Part shown: positions 1 through 7,602 of the stretch, one piece after another
Numbering within the stretch: the stretch's first letter is position 1
How the letters are laid out: each line of letters starts with the position of its first letter
Translations under genes and position numbers: made by a program
Notes under the pieces: model-generated
Seen by the model: the letters and a program-made list of their open reading frames with translations, nothing else
The model's database searches: none
What the model was told of the DNA's origin: nothing
From: Promethearchaeota archaeon Loki_b31
GTDB taxonomy: Archaea; Asgardarchaeota; Lokiarchaeia; Sigyniarchaeales; SOKP01
Direction: 5' to 3'
NCBI GenBank assembly: GCA_005222975.1
Contig: NJBI01000080.1
Span: 1 to 12,136 of the forward strand
Length of the DNA: 12,136 nt

Positions 1-2
1 GA

Positions 3-236
3 ATTATGACGATAAATCTTGTCTATCCATTTAAAGAACCTATTGCGGATGAAATTTCCGAACTTTATCACAAATTTCACTCCATAATCAAGGCTGTTAC
101 CGATTGGAGAATTGCAGAAAAAAAAATAGAAATAGTTTTAGCCGTAGGTGAATTTGGTGTTATAAAAGATCTTTATCAGGCTATATCTAAGATTAAAGAC
201 ATAATTAGCTCAATCCACGAAGTTATAATCGATTGA
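3..236 (+). CDS. 3' part of a probable NikR/CopG-family transcriptional regulator (NikR C-terminal ACT-like domain), likely truncated by the window edge
   Basis: The frame is open from the window edge (ATT ATG ACG...) to TGA at 234-236. The pattern TINLVY...ISELYHKFHSII...IEIVLAVGEFGVIKDLYQAISKIKDI resembles the NikR C-terminal domain (TITLVY..l..iQH.y..iI..HxH....CLEvi.v.G....i..l...l...kgV). Recognised by eye only. Confidence 0.5.
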   Translation: MMTINLVYPFKEPIADEISELYHKFHSIIKAVTDWRIAEKKIEIVLAVGEFGVIKDLYQAISKIKDIISSIHEVIID

Positions 237-247
237 TTAATTCACAT

Positions 248-1102
248 TTAATCAAATCGAAGTGAAAAATCTACAAATTCGGTAGGTTTTTGCGTGAGTA
301 CGCTTGTACTTATTATATCGGGCTCGGAAATTAAATAATCAACTATGTTATCCTGCGTAATATTTCCCGAAACTTCAATAGTGACATTTTCGCGTAAATC
401 ATGCTTTTTTAGTAAATTAATTGCATCTTGTACGCTATCAGGATTCATATTATCTAACATTATTATATCTGCTCCGTTTTGTACAGCAATTAGAACATCC
501 CCAACTTTTTCCACTTCCACTTCTATCTTTTTTGTGAAACTAACATTGTTTTTCACATTTTTGAGAAGTTCTGCGACATTTCCGTTATAAAATTTTAAGT
601 GTGTTGACTTTAAAAGCACCATATCATCTAAGTTAAAACGATGCGTATCTCCTTTTCCAAAATCTACAGCTTTTTTTTCAAATAATCGTAAACCGGGAAG
701 GGTTTTTCTAGTACATGCTATTTTAACTATTTTCCCGGATTTTTCAATTATCTTAACAAATTTACGCGTTGTTGAGGTAATTGCGCTCATATGGCTCATA
801 AGATTTAAACCCACTCTTTCACCTAACAAGATATCTTTGGTTTTTCCACGTAATTCTACTATTACATCTCCATTTTGGATTTGATCGCCATCTTCTTTCT
901 TGAGAGTAACATCAACTTCTAAAACATGAAATAATATCTCAATTTCTTCTATACCTGATAAATACCCGTCACTTTTAGCAATAATCTTGGCGGACGAAAT
1001 TGAATCCGTAGGGATTGATTTTGAACTAATATCAATAAACATACAATCTTCATGCAAAAACTCTCTTATTTTTTTTTCAATTAAAATGCGATTAAAACTC
1101 AT
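248..1102 (-). CDS. nadC: Nicotinate-nucleotide pyrophosphorylase (quinolinate phosphoribosyltransferase), 284 aa
   Basis: QPRTase motifs: LLGERVGLNLMSHMS, TRKTLPGLRLFEKKAV, HRFNLDDMVLLK, KIEVEVE, GADIIMLDNM, IEVSGNIT. Confidence 0.95.
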   Translation of the reverse strand: MSFNRILIEKKIREFLHEDCMFIDISSKSIPTDSISSAKIIAKSDGYLSGIEEIEILFHVLEVDVTLKKEDGDQIQNGDVIVELRGKTKDILLGERVGLNLMSHMSAITSTTRKFVKIIEKSGKIVKIACTRKTLPGLRLFEKKAVDFGKGDTHRFNLDDMVLLKSTHLKFYNGNVAELLKNVKNNVSFTKKIEVEVEKVGDVLIAVQNGADIIMLDNMNPDSVQDAINLLKKHDLRENVTIEVSGNITQDNIVDYLISEPDIISTSVLTQKPTEFVDFSLRFD

Positions 1103-1158
1103 TTTTACCAGATTCTTTAAGCAGTATTATTATTATAGATTAAACACTAATTAAAATT
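1103..1158. promoter_or_regulatory. 56-bp AT-rich divergent promoter region between nadC and the hydrolase, with a TATA-like TTATA about 22-26 nt before ATG 1159
   Basis: Divergent starts at 1102 (-) and 1159 (+). TTATA lies at about 1133-1137, a spacing compatible with a leaderless or short-leader archaeal transcript. Weak, because the DNA is AT-rich. Confidence 0.35.
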
Positions 1159-1833
1159 ATGCTTGGCATTGATAAAATATTTATTGAAACTAATGAAATT
1201 AGGCTTGAAGCCGAGTTTTTTCAGTTGAGTACAAATATTTCTCAGTCTGTTGTTTTAATTTGTCACCCACATCCTCAATTTTTCTGGGTTTGAAACCCTA
1301 AAAAGGGAAAATATGGGGGCAATATGTATAACAATGTCGTATCTGGCGTTTTTAATATGTGTGTTCAAAATAAGAATTCATGTTTGCGGTTTAATTTCAG
1401 GGGAGTAGGAAGTTCGACAGGAAGTCATACTAGTGGAAAGGGAGAGTTAAGCGATGTGAAAGCTTGTATTGATTTTTTAATAAACGAGAAAAATATTGAA
1501 AAAATAATAATCTGTGGTTATTCCTACGGCGCCGCTATCGGGTGTTCTGTTGTAAATTTTTCTGAAAAAATAATTGGCTATTGTGCAATTTCTTTTCCTT
1601 GGGATTTTATGGGCTCAAAATATAAAAAACTTTCTCAAACTAAAAAACCAAAATTGTTTATTCAAGGTAATCGAGATACTATAGCACTCTATGAGAATTT
1701 TGAAAACCATTATAATTTCTATTTCGAACCAAAAATGTATAAGATTATTAATGGAGCCGACCATTTTTACTCAGGATTTGAAGAAAATATCGCACAAGAA
1801 GTAAGCGAATTCTACAATTCGATTACAAAATAA
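1159..1833 (+). CDS. Alpha/beta-fold hydrolase (HPHP-xGGxM family), split gene: exon 1 1159-1277, exon 2 1311-1833; predicted spliced product 213 aa
   Basis: ATG 1159 is in frame with the tracked ORF at 1324. It reads MLGIDKIFIETNEIRLEAEFFQLSTNISQSVVLICHPHPQ[FFWV*NPKKGK]YGGNMYNNVV... Removing 33 nt restores CHPHPQYGGNMYNNVV. Downstream motifs are intact: RFNFRGVGSS, nucleophile elbow GYSYG, acid GNRD, and His in GADHFY. Confidence 0.88.
1278..1310 (+). other. Putative 33-nt bulge-helix-bulge (BHB) intron in a protein-coding gene
   Basis: Exon helix UUGUC-A-CCCACA (1260-1271) pairs with UAUGGG-GGCAA (1312-1322). The central 4-bp helix is UCCU (1272-1275)/GGGA (1305-1308). The 3-nt bulges are CAA (1276-1278) and AAA (1309-1311). 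The intron stem is UUUUU/AAAAA, capped by the hairpin GGGUU-UGA-AACCC. Cleavage after the 2nd nt of each bulge excises 1278-1310 and joins CA+A = CAA (Gln). Confidence 0.8.
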
Positions 1834-1887
1834 GATATTATGAGATTTTTAATAAGAAAAGAGAAGTATTAGAAAAACTGATGATCC

Positions 1888-2286
1888 TTAAATGGAAGAT
1901 AACTTTTCTAAATCTGGTCTAGCATTTTCAACCGCCCAATCGAGGAGTTGGTCGTAATAAGATTCAATTTCATTAGATTCCGGATTTTTTGATAGTACCG
2001 CTAAAATGAATTGCGTTTTTTTATCTAACATAATTATATTTCGACAAATAATAAAATCTTCTGAATATTTAATCTTTATACTAGAAAGTAAAGATAAATT
2101 CATTTCCTCAGACGCGTTTGATGCAGCATCACTTAATAATGAGCCCATTGCCGCAACAACCCGTTCATCGATGTCTTCTGATTTTTGCGATGCTAAAACT
2201 AGTCCTGCATTTGTAGCAAAAAGAGAAGCCCTAAAATTACCATTATCATTTAATTCTTTGAGAACTTGGTCAAGTCTGCTTACCAT
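1888..2286 (-). CDS. Roadblock/LC7 (MglB-like) domain protein, 132 aa
   Basis: Size and pattern fit the Roadblock/LC7 fold: N-terminal helix LDQVLKEL, then ASLFATNAGLVLAS, then DERVVAAMGSLL, then beta strands. Confidence 0.8.
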   Translation of the reverse strand: MVSRLDQVLKELNDNGNFRASLFATNAGLVLASQKSEDIDERVVAAMGSLLSDAASNASEEMNLSLLSSIKIKYSEDFIICRNIIMLDKKTQFILAVLSKNPESNEIESYYDQLLDWAVENARPDLEKLSSI

Positions 2287-2388
2287 AAGAAATATTCACT
2301 CATTAAGTATTATTAAACAATTTTATAAAAATTCTCGCTTAACTTTAATATTATAAATATTATGAACAATTTAGTATTAAATTTTACC

Positions 2389-2913
2389 TTATGTCTTTTT
2401 TATGTTTATTATAAATGTAGATAAAATATTATATTCATCAATCTTTAATGTTATTACGCTTGGTCTCGATATAGGTTTTTCAAAGCCTTTTTTTGGAATA
2501 GGTGCTTTAGGTTTTGTAGGACTTCCCGGATTAATTAATAAAGTATTGTACGGTGTACCTGTTATGAGTGGCTGATGTGTATGTCCAAAAATAAGGATGT
2601 GGAGGTTATTTCGCTTAAAAAAGTCTTCTAAATTATCAGGTTTCTTGTGGATTACGCCAATGTTATAATTTCCAACATGGAATTTAATAAATGTCTCTAA
2701 TCCCGTTATTTCATCTAAATCGCTTTTTACGCATCTGATTGGAGCGATTTTTTTCAAATCTTCTAAGAAAAAAGGTTCACATACATCTCCAGCATGTATG
2801 ATTTCGTCAACATCTTCGAAGATTTCTTTTAATTGATTAATTAAAGTTTCAATTAGAATAGGCTCATCATTCTTTGTTATGTGAGTATCTGAAATTATCC
2901 CTAATTTTACCAT
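2389..2913 (-). CDS. YfcE/MJ0936/Vps29-like metallophosphoesterase, 174 aa
   Basis: Calcineurin-like motifs IISDTH, IIHAGD, IFGHTH and INPGSPT. The GNxD motif is altered (VKSDLD). Confidence 0.85.
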   Translation of the reverse strand: MVKLGIISDTHITKNDEPILIETLINQLKEIFEDVDEIIHAGDVCEPFFLEDLKKIAPIRCVKSDLDEITGLETFIKFHVGNYNIGVIHKKPDNLEDFFKRNNLHILIFGHTHQPLITGTPYNTLLINPGSPTKPKAPIPKKGFEKPISRPSVITLKIDEYNILSTFIINIKKT

Positions 2914-2924
2914 TTTTTTTTTCG

Positions 2925-3995
2925 CTATAATATAAATACCCCAATCATAAAAATAATCAAACCGAATAAAAAATCCATCATTATCCTAACAATTTTTTTT
3001 AACCAATCCTCTCCAATTTCATTATCATTTTTGAAATATGAAAAAAATTCTTTAAAACCTATTGATAAACTTTCTTTGATTCGAGAGAATTGCCAAACAA
3101 ACAAAAATATACTGATAATTAATAATGGAATGTAAACAATGAAGCTCATTAATGAGTAATCGTTACCATGCATAAAATTCCAAATTGAATGGGCTGAAAT
3201 AATATTATTTACTGCATGAGCAAAAATCACTGGAAATATCCAATGTCGTCTTAAAACCAGCATCGCAAGAATAATTCCTACTAAAAAAGTCTGTAAAAAC
3301 CATATAATAGGAAAAATTATTGGTAACCCGATACTAGGTATCGCAAGAATATAACCAAAATGTCCTAAACCAAAAAAAAAGGAAGTCATAATTACAGCAG
3401 ACATATTTTTAAAGTAATCACTTCCTCTATTAGCTAAAAAACCTCTTGTTAATGTTTCCTCATATATAGCGACAAAAATTTGTATTATAATAACAGATAT
3501 AAGAAACACGAAATAACTCTCCAAAAGGTAAGAGTTGTAAGAAAACTCCGCCTTAGGGTTTAAAACTTCGGACAAATAATATAGCATTTCAGGTAAAAAT
3601 AAATATGTAAAAAAATCTAACGGTATAAAAATTAAAAAAAGTATTAATATTCCATATAAAAGCTGATATTTAAAATTCTTTTTTGTAATATTAAATAAAG
3701 TTAAAAAGTTCTTTGAAGGGCTGATATCCTCTTCTAAGATTAATTTTTTTCTTTGAGACACCATTATAAAATTGGACAAATGTAGAAATAAAGGAATCGC
3801 AACGATAATAATTGCCGCTCTCAACATAAAAAGAAGAGGTTCAAAAATTACAGAATTAAAATCAATCAAGAGAGGTAGTAGAATAGCAGGAATTAACATA
3901 AAAATATAGATTCCAAGAAAAATAATTAGAACTTCGAAGAAAAAATATAATCGTTGAATAAATATTGTTTTTAAAGGGCTCTTAGGTCTTCTCAT
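2925..3995 (-). CDS. CPBP-family (type II CAAX/Rce1/Abi-like) intramembrane glutamic protease, 356 aa
   Basis: Many hydrophobic segments plus the family motifs EExxxR (YEETLTRG), FxxxH (FGLGH) and HxxxN (HAVNN). Confidence 0.88.
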   Translation of the reverse strand: MRRPKSPLKTIFIQRLYFFFEVLIIFLGIYIFMLIPAILLPLLIDFNSVIFEPLLFMLRAAIIIVAIPLFLHLSNFIMVSQRKKLILEEDISPSKNFLTLFNITKKNFKYQLLYGILILFLIFIPLDFFTYLFLPEMLYYLSEVLNPKAEFSYNSYLLESYFVFLISVIIIQIFVAIYEETLTRGFLANRGSDYFKNMSAVIMTSFFFGLGHFGYILAIPSIGLPIIFPIIWFLQTFLVGIILAMLVLRRHWIFPVIFAHAVNNIISAHSIWNFMHGNDYSLMSFIVYIPLLIISIFLFVWQFSRIKESLSIGFKEFFSYFKNDNEIGEDWLKKIVRIMMDFLFGLIIFMIGVFIL

Positions 3996-4053
3996 AATTT
4001 ATCTATCTCTAACAACAAGTTCAATGAATAACAAATAATTAAATCGAAATATT

Positions 4054-5028
4054 TTAAATTTTTTTATTTGAAGCATTTAAAAAAAAATTTAAGTCCTCTC
4101 TACTTGGAATCCCATTTCTTGCCCCTAATTCTTGTATACAATTTCCAGCCACAAAATTACCAATTTTTACGTTATTTTTAAGGTGTTCAAATTTTAGATT
4201 CATATTTCGAACAAGCCCATAAATGAATCCCGCTGAAAATGCGTCACCAGCTCCAGTTGTATCAATTAAACTACTTAATATTAATGGAGGTTGAAGTTCT
4301 GCTCTACTGTTGGTTAGTAATAATGCTCCTTTTTTACCTAATGTAGTAATAATAACTTGTATACCTAAATTAAATAGGGTGCTCGATTTTTCTTGGATCA
4401 AATCTTCGTTTAAATCACATCCTTCTATATCAAAAAGAGTTGCATACTCTTTTTGAGAGAGAATTAATATATCAATTTTCTCCAGCAATTTTTTAATGTT
4501 CTTTAAACCTTGGTCGATGATTAACATACCAGGATTTAAAATAACGGGTATTTTGTTGTTTCTACCAATAATAGCGGCTTCAATAAACGGTTCTAAATTT
4601 TTTAAGCTACTTAAGAAAATTATTTTTGTATTTATCAATTCTTTTTCTAAAAGATCTTCCTTTGAAAGATAATTTGCGGCACCACTATAAGCATATATTC
4701 TTCGGTCTCCTTTTTCATTTAAAGCAATATAAGCAGAACCAGTTCCATATTGCTCAGAATATTTAATAAACTTAGTAGCAACATTTACTTCCTTGAAATC
4801 GTTAATTATTTTGTTGCTAAAAGTATCTTGACTCCCTAACTTTCCAATGAACGCTGTTGATAATCCAATTTTCGCACAAGCATAAGCAGTATTAGCGGCT
4901 GCTCCACCAGACAATAAAGTTAAGTTTGATACGAATACTTCATCATCTTCAGCAGGATGTCTTACTACTTGAGCGACCATATCAACAAGGGCAGCTCCTA
5001 TACAAAATACATCAAAAATTTCAATCAC
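4054..5028 (-). CDS. PfkB/ribokinase-family carbohydrate or nucleoside kinase, 324 aa (GTG start)
   Basis: PfkB signatures GGAAANTAYACAKIG..FIGKLG and DTTGAGDAFSAGFIYG. Confidence 0.92.
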   Translation of the reverse strand: MIEIFDVFCIGAALVDMVAQVVRHPAEDDEVFVSNLTLLSGGAAANTAYACAKIGLSTAFIGKLGSQDTFSNKIINDFKEVNVATKFIKYSEQYGTGSAYIALNEKGDRRIYAYSGAANYLSKEDLLEKELINTKIIFLSSLKNLEPFIEAAIIGRNNKIPVILNPGMLIIDQGLKNIKKLLEKIDILILSQKEYATLFDIEGCDLNEDLIQEKSSTLFNLGIQVIITTLGKKGALLLTNSRAELQPPLILSSLIDTTGAGDAFSAGFIYGLVRNMNLKFEHLKNNVKIGNFVAGNCIQELGARNGIPSREDLNFFLNASNKKI

Positions 5029-5050
5029 ATTATATATTTTTTAAATGAAT

Positions 5051-6232
5051 TTAATCGTAATTAAAAGATCCAAATTCAGATTTTATTTCTAGTTGGTTTT
5101 TGTTCTTATAAGACGATTTTTCACATTGCCCGATGATTTTTGATTTGATATTGTATTTTTTAGCAATTTCTATAATTTCTTTAGCAATTGACTCATCACA
5201 ACAAATTTCCATTCTATGACCCATATTAAACACTTGATACATTTCTTTCCATAAAGTTTCTGAAGATGTTTTTATAATTTCAAATATTTTGGGAATTTTA
5301 AAAAGATTATTTTTAAGATAAGTTATACCCTTACCAAAATTGAGAATTTTCGTCTGGCCTCCTCCCGTGTTATGTATCATTCCGTGAATTTCCTCTCGAT
5401 ATTTTTTTAGTACATCCAACAATAATGGAGCATAAGTTCTAGTCGGAGACAATAAAGCTTCTCCAACAGTCAAACTCAATCCTTTGATCTTATCGGTAAG
5501 TTGATAATTCCCAAAAAAGATAAATTGTTCATCAAGGTTTTGATCATAACATTCAGGGAATTTCTTATAATAAGCATGAGATAAAACTCCATGTCTGGCT
5601 AAGGTTAATCCGTTACTTCCTATTCCGCTATTAAATTCGTCTTCATACGATGCTCTTCCATCACTAGCTAATCCAACTATCACATCCCCTGCCTTGATGT
5701 TTTCAGCATTAATAATATCTTCTCTTTTCATACTGGTAAAAACTGAGGCATCAACTAGTAGAGTTTTTACAATATCTCCTACATCAGCAGTTTCGCCTCC
5801 ACACATTACGACATTTAGACCAAATTCAGACAGCTTTTCGCTATATGTAAAATATTCTTTAATTATTGTACTAATTACTTCGCCCGAGATAAACCGTTTA
5901 TTTCGACCGATATTATTAGATATAAAAAAATTTCCAGTAGCTCCAACGCACAACATATCATCAACATTCATAACAAGAGCATCTCTTACAATCCCCCTAA
6001 AAACAGATATTTTGTCCGTTTCTTTAAAATACATATAAGCTAAGCTTGCTTTTGTTCCTGCTCCATCTGAATGAAATATTGAACAATAATCATCTCTCCT
6101 ACCTACATCTTGTACTATTTTACAAAATGCTCCGGGGAATAATCCTTTATCAATCGATTGGATTGCTTTATGAACATCTTCCTTTTTTGAGGAAACCCCT
6201 AATTGAGAATATATATCTTTTTCGTCAGACAT
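5051..6232 (-). CDS. purM: Phosphoribosylformylglycinamidine cyclo-ligase (AIR synthase), long ~390-aa form
   Basis: YSQLGVS, SDGAGTK, MNVDDMLCVGA, GGETADV, SNGLTLARH, LLSPTRTY, IHNTGGG and EMYQVFNMG motifs. Lies 2 bp downstream of purB. Confidence 0.9.
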   Translation of the reverse strand: MSDEKDIYSQLGVSSKKEDVHKAIQSIDKGLFPGAFCKIVQDVGRRDDYCSIFHSDGAGTKASLAYMYFKETDKISVFRGIVRDALVMNVDDMLCVGATGNFFISNNIGRNKRFISGEVISTIIKEYFTYSEKLSEFGLNVVMCGGETADVGDIVKTLLVDASVFTSMKREDIINAENIKAGDVIVGLASDGRASYEDEFNSGIGSNGLTLARHGVLSHAYYKKFPECYDQNLDEQFIFFGNYQLTDKIKGLSLTVGEALLSPTRTYAPLLLDVLKKYREEIHGMIHNTGGGQTKILNFGKGITYLKNNLFKIPKIFEIIKTSSETLWKEMYQVFNMGHRMEICCDESIAKEIIEIAKKYNIKSKIIGQCEKSSYKNKNQLEIKSEFGSFNYD

Positions 6233-6234
6233 TT

Positions 6235-7593
6235 TTACAAATTATGTTTATTTTCCAGAAATTTTAATAAATTTTCTAAAAGCTCAAGAGATTTTCCTAT
6301 GTAGTTATGTGGATTTAACAAATCATCAATTTCATCTTTTGTAAAACTTTCCGTTATTTTTCCATTTTCTAATAAGATTTCTTTAATAAAACGATTTTCT
6401 TTTTTTGCTTTTATTGCTGCTTTTCTTAAAATTTCGTGCCCTTCTTGTCTTCCGATACCTTTTTCAACTAAATTTAACATGATTTTTTCAGATAAACAAG
6501 CTCCCTTGGTAAGATTTAAATTTTCTTCTATTCTTTCCTCATCAAATTCAACTTCTTGGATAATACTCGTTAATTGTATTATCATAAAATCTAACAGTAT
6601 GAAATTTTCAGCAAAAATTATCCTTTCGTTAGCAGAATTCGTTAAATCTCTTTCATCTTCTAATATTATATTATCTAGAGCGGGTATAATATTGGATTTT
6701 AAGACTCTAGCTAAACTACAAATTCGTTCAGATTTATGGGGATTTCTCTTATGAGGCATCGTCGAGCTTCCTACTTGAGCCTTTTTGAAAGGTTCAAACA
6801 TTTCAGCGATTTCATTTCTTTGGAGCACTCGAAATTGTCTTGCGACTTTAGCTAGTGATTGTCCGATCAGCGCTGTTAAAAAGAGGACTTCAGCATGACG
6901 ATCTCTCTGAATTATTTGGTTCGTGATTAAAGCTGGATTTAATCCAAGCTCTTTCGTTATGAAATTCTGAATTTCAATACCTTTCTCTCCGAAACTTGCC
7001 ATATTTCCAACGGCACCCGTCATTTTACCATATGATATTCGATTTAGAGTTTCTTTTAATCTATCTAAATGTCTATCTATTTCATATGCCCATACGCCGA
7101 ATCTCATCCCATATGTAGTTGGAATAGCGTGTTGTCCGTGAGTTCTTCCTATACAAACAAGCGATTTCTTATCCTGTATAACTTTTATTAGTTCTATTAA
7201 AAGCTTTTTTAAAGAATTAGTGATATATAATATAGCTTCTTTTAACTGTAATCCTGTTGCTGTATCTTCAATATCGTAACTTGTTGCCCCCAAATGGATG
7301 TATTTTCCAGCATTTCCTTCACATTGTTCTGATAAAGCCTTAACCATAGCCATTAAATCGTGATGAATTTCCTTATCAATCTCTTTTACCCGATTTAATT
7401 TAACATAATTCAAATTAGCTTTCTTACATATCTCTTCTGCGGACTCTTGAGGAATATTGCCCCATTTAGCATGTGCTTTTGCTAATACTGCCTCAACTTT
7501 TAACCAATTCTCTAATTTTTTTTCTTCTGTAAAAATTTCAGCTATTTTAGTTCGATAACGAGTTTCAACTGGATTAATAAATTTATGATCCAT
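6235..7593 (-). CDS. purB: Adenylosuccinate lyase, 452 aa
   Basis: HHDLMA, YIHLGATSYD, GRTHGQHAIPTT and the fumarate-lyase signature GSSTMPHKRNP. Confidence 0.97.
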   Translation of the reverse strand: MDHKFINPVETRYRTKIAEIFTEEKKLENWLKVEAVLAKAHAKWGNIPQESAEEICKKANLNYVKLNRVKEIDKEIHHDLMAMVKALSEQCEGNAGKYIHLGATSYDIEDTATGLQLKEAILYITNSLKKLLIELIKVIQDKKSLVCIGRTHGQHAIPTTYGMRFGVWAYEIDRHLDRLKETLNRISYGKMTGAVGNMASFGEKGIEIQNFITKELGLNPALITNQIIQRDRHAEVLFLTALIGQSLAKVARQFRVLQRNEIAEMFEPFKKAQVGSSTMPHKRNPHKSERICSLARVLKSNIIPALDNIILEDERDLTNSANERIIFAENFILLDFMIIQLTSIIQEVEFDEERIEENLNLTKGACLSEKIMLNLVEKGIGRQEGHEILRKAAIKAKKENRFIKEILLENGKITESFTKDEIDDLLNPHNYIGKSLELLENLLKFLENKHNL

Positions 7594-7602
7594 AGCTAAC
7601 TT

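Noticed and set aside
345-590. 81-aa + strand ORF
   Set aside because: Antisense shadow of nadC with no recognisable motif.
590-620. NadC KSTH in place of the usual KDNH as a sign of a different enzyme (ModD-like)
   Set aside because: The other quinolinate- and PRPP-binding motifs (ER, TRKT, EK, HR, EVE, LDN) are standard, so this is most likely lineage variation.
1291-1293. Selenocysteine readthrough as the main explanation for the UGA
   Set aside because: It would leave 11 extra residues in the HPHP-YGG motif, at a position with no expected Cys or redox motif. Kept only as a low-scoring alternative.
1278-1310. MITE, transposon footprint or CRISPR repeat
   Set aside because: There is no clear target-site duplication beyond an AA overlap, no second copy was noticed in the window, and there is no transposase or array. 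The pairing involves exon bases, as expected for a BHB intron.
1324-1833. Tracked 169-aa ORF as the complete hydrolase
   Set aside because: ATG 1324 is the conserved Met of YGGNM. The family N-terminus (RLEAE, VVLICHPHP) lies upstream in the same frame from ATG 1159.
1159-1833. Pseudogene caused by a nonsense mutation or sequencing error
   Set aside because: The stop lies inside a discrete 33-nt structured insertion rather than replacing a conserved codon. All catalytic motifs are intact and the boundaries match BHB cut sites.
2006-2356. 116-aa + strand ORF
   Set aside because: Antisense to the Roadblock gene, with Ser/Ile/Phe-rich shadow composition.
2462-2515. Pro/Lys-rich insert in the phosphoesterase as a second in-frame intron
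   Set aside because: No 3-4-3 BHB pairing could be built by eye and it has no stop, so it is treated as a protein loop.
5694-6754. + strand ORFs 5694-6038, 6046-6267 and 6479-6754
   Set aside because: Antisense to purM and purB, with no independent coding signal.
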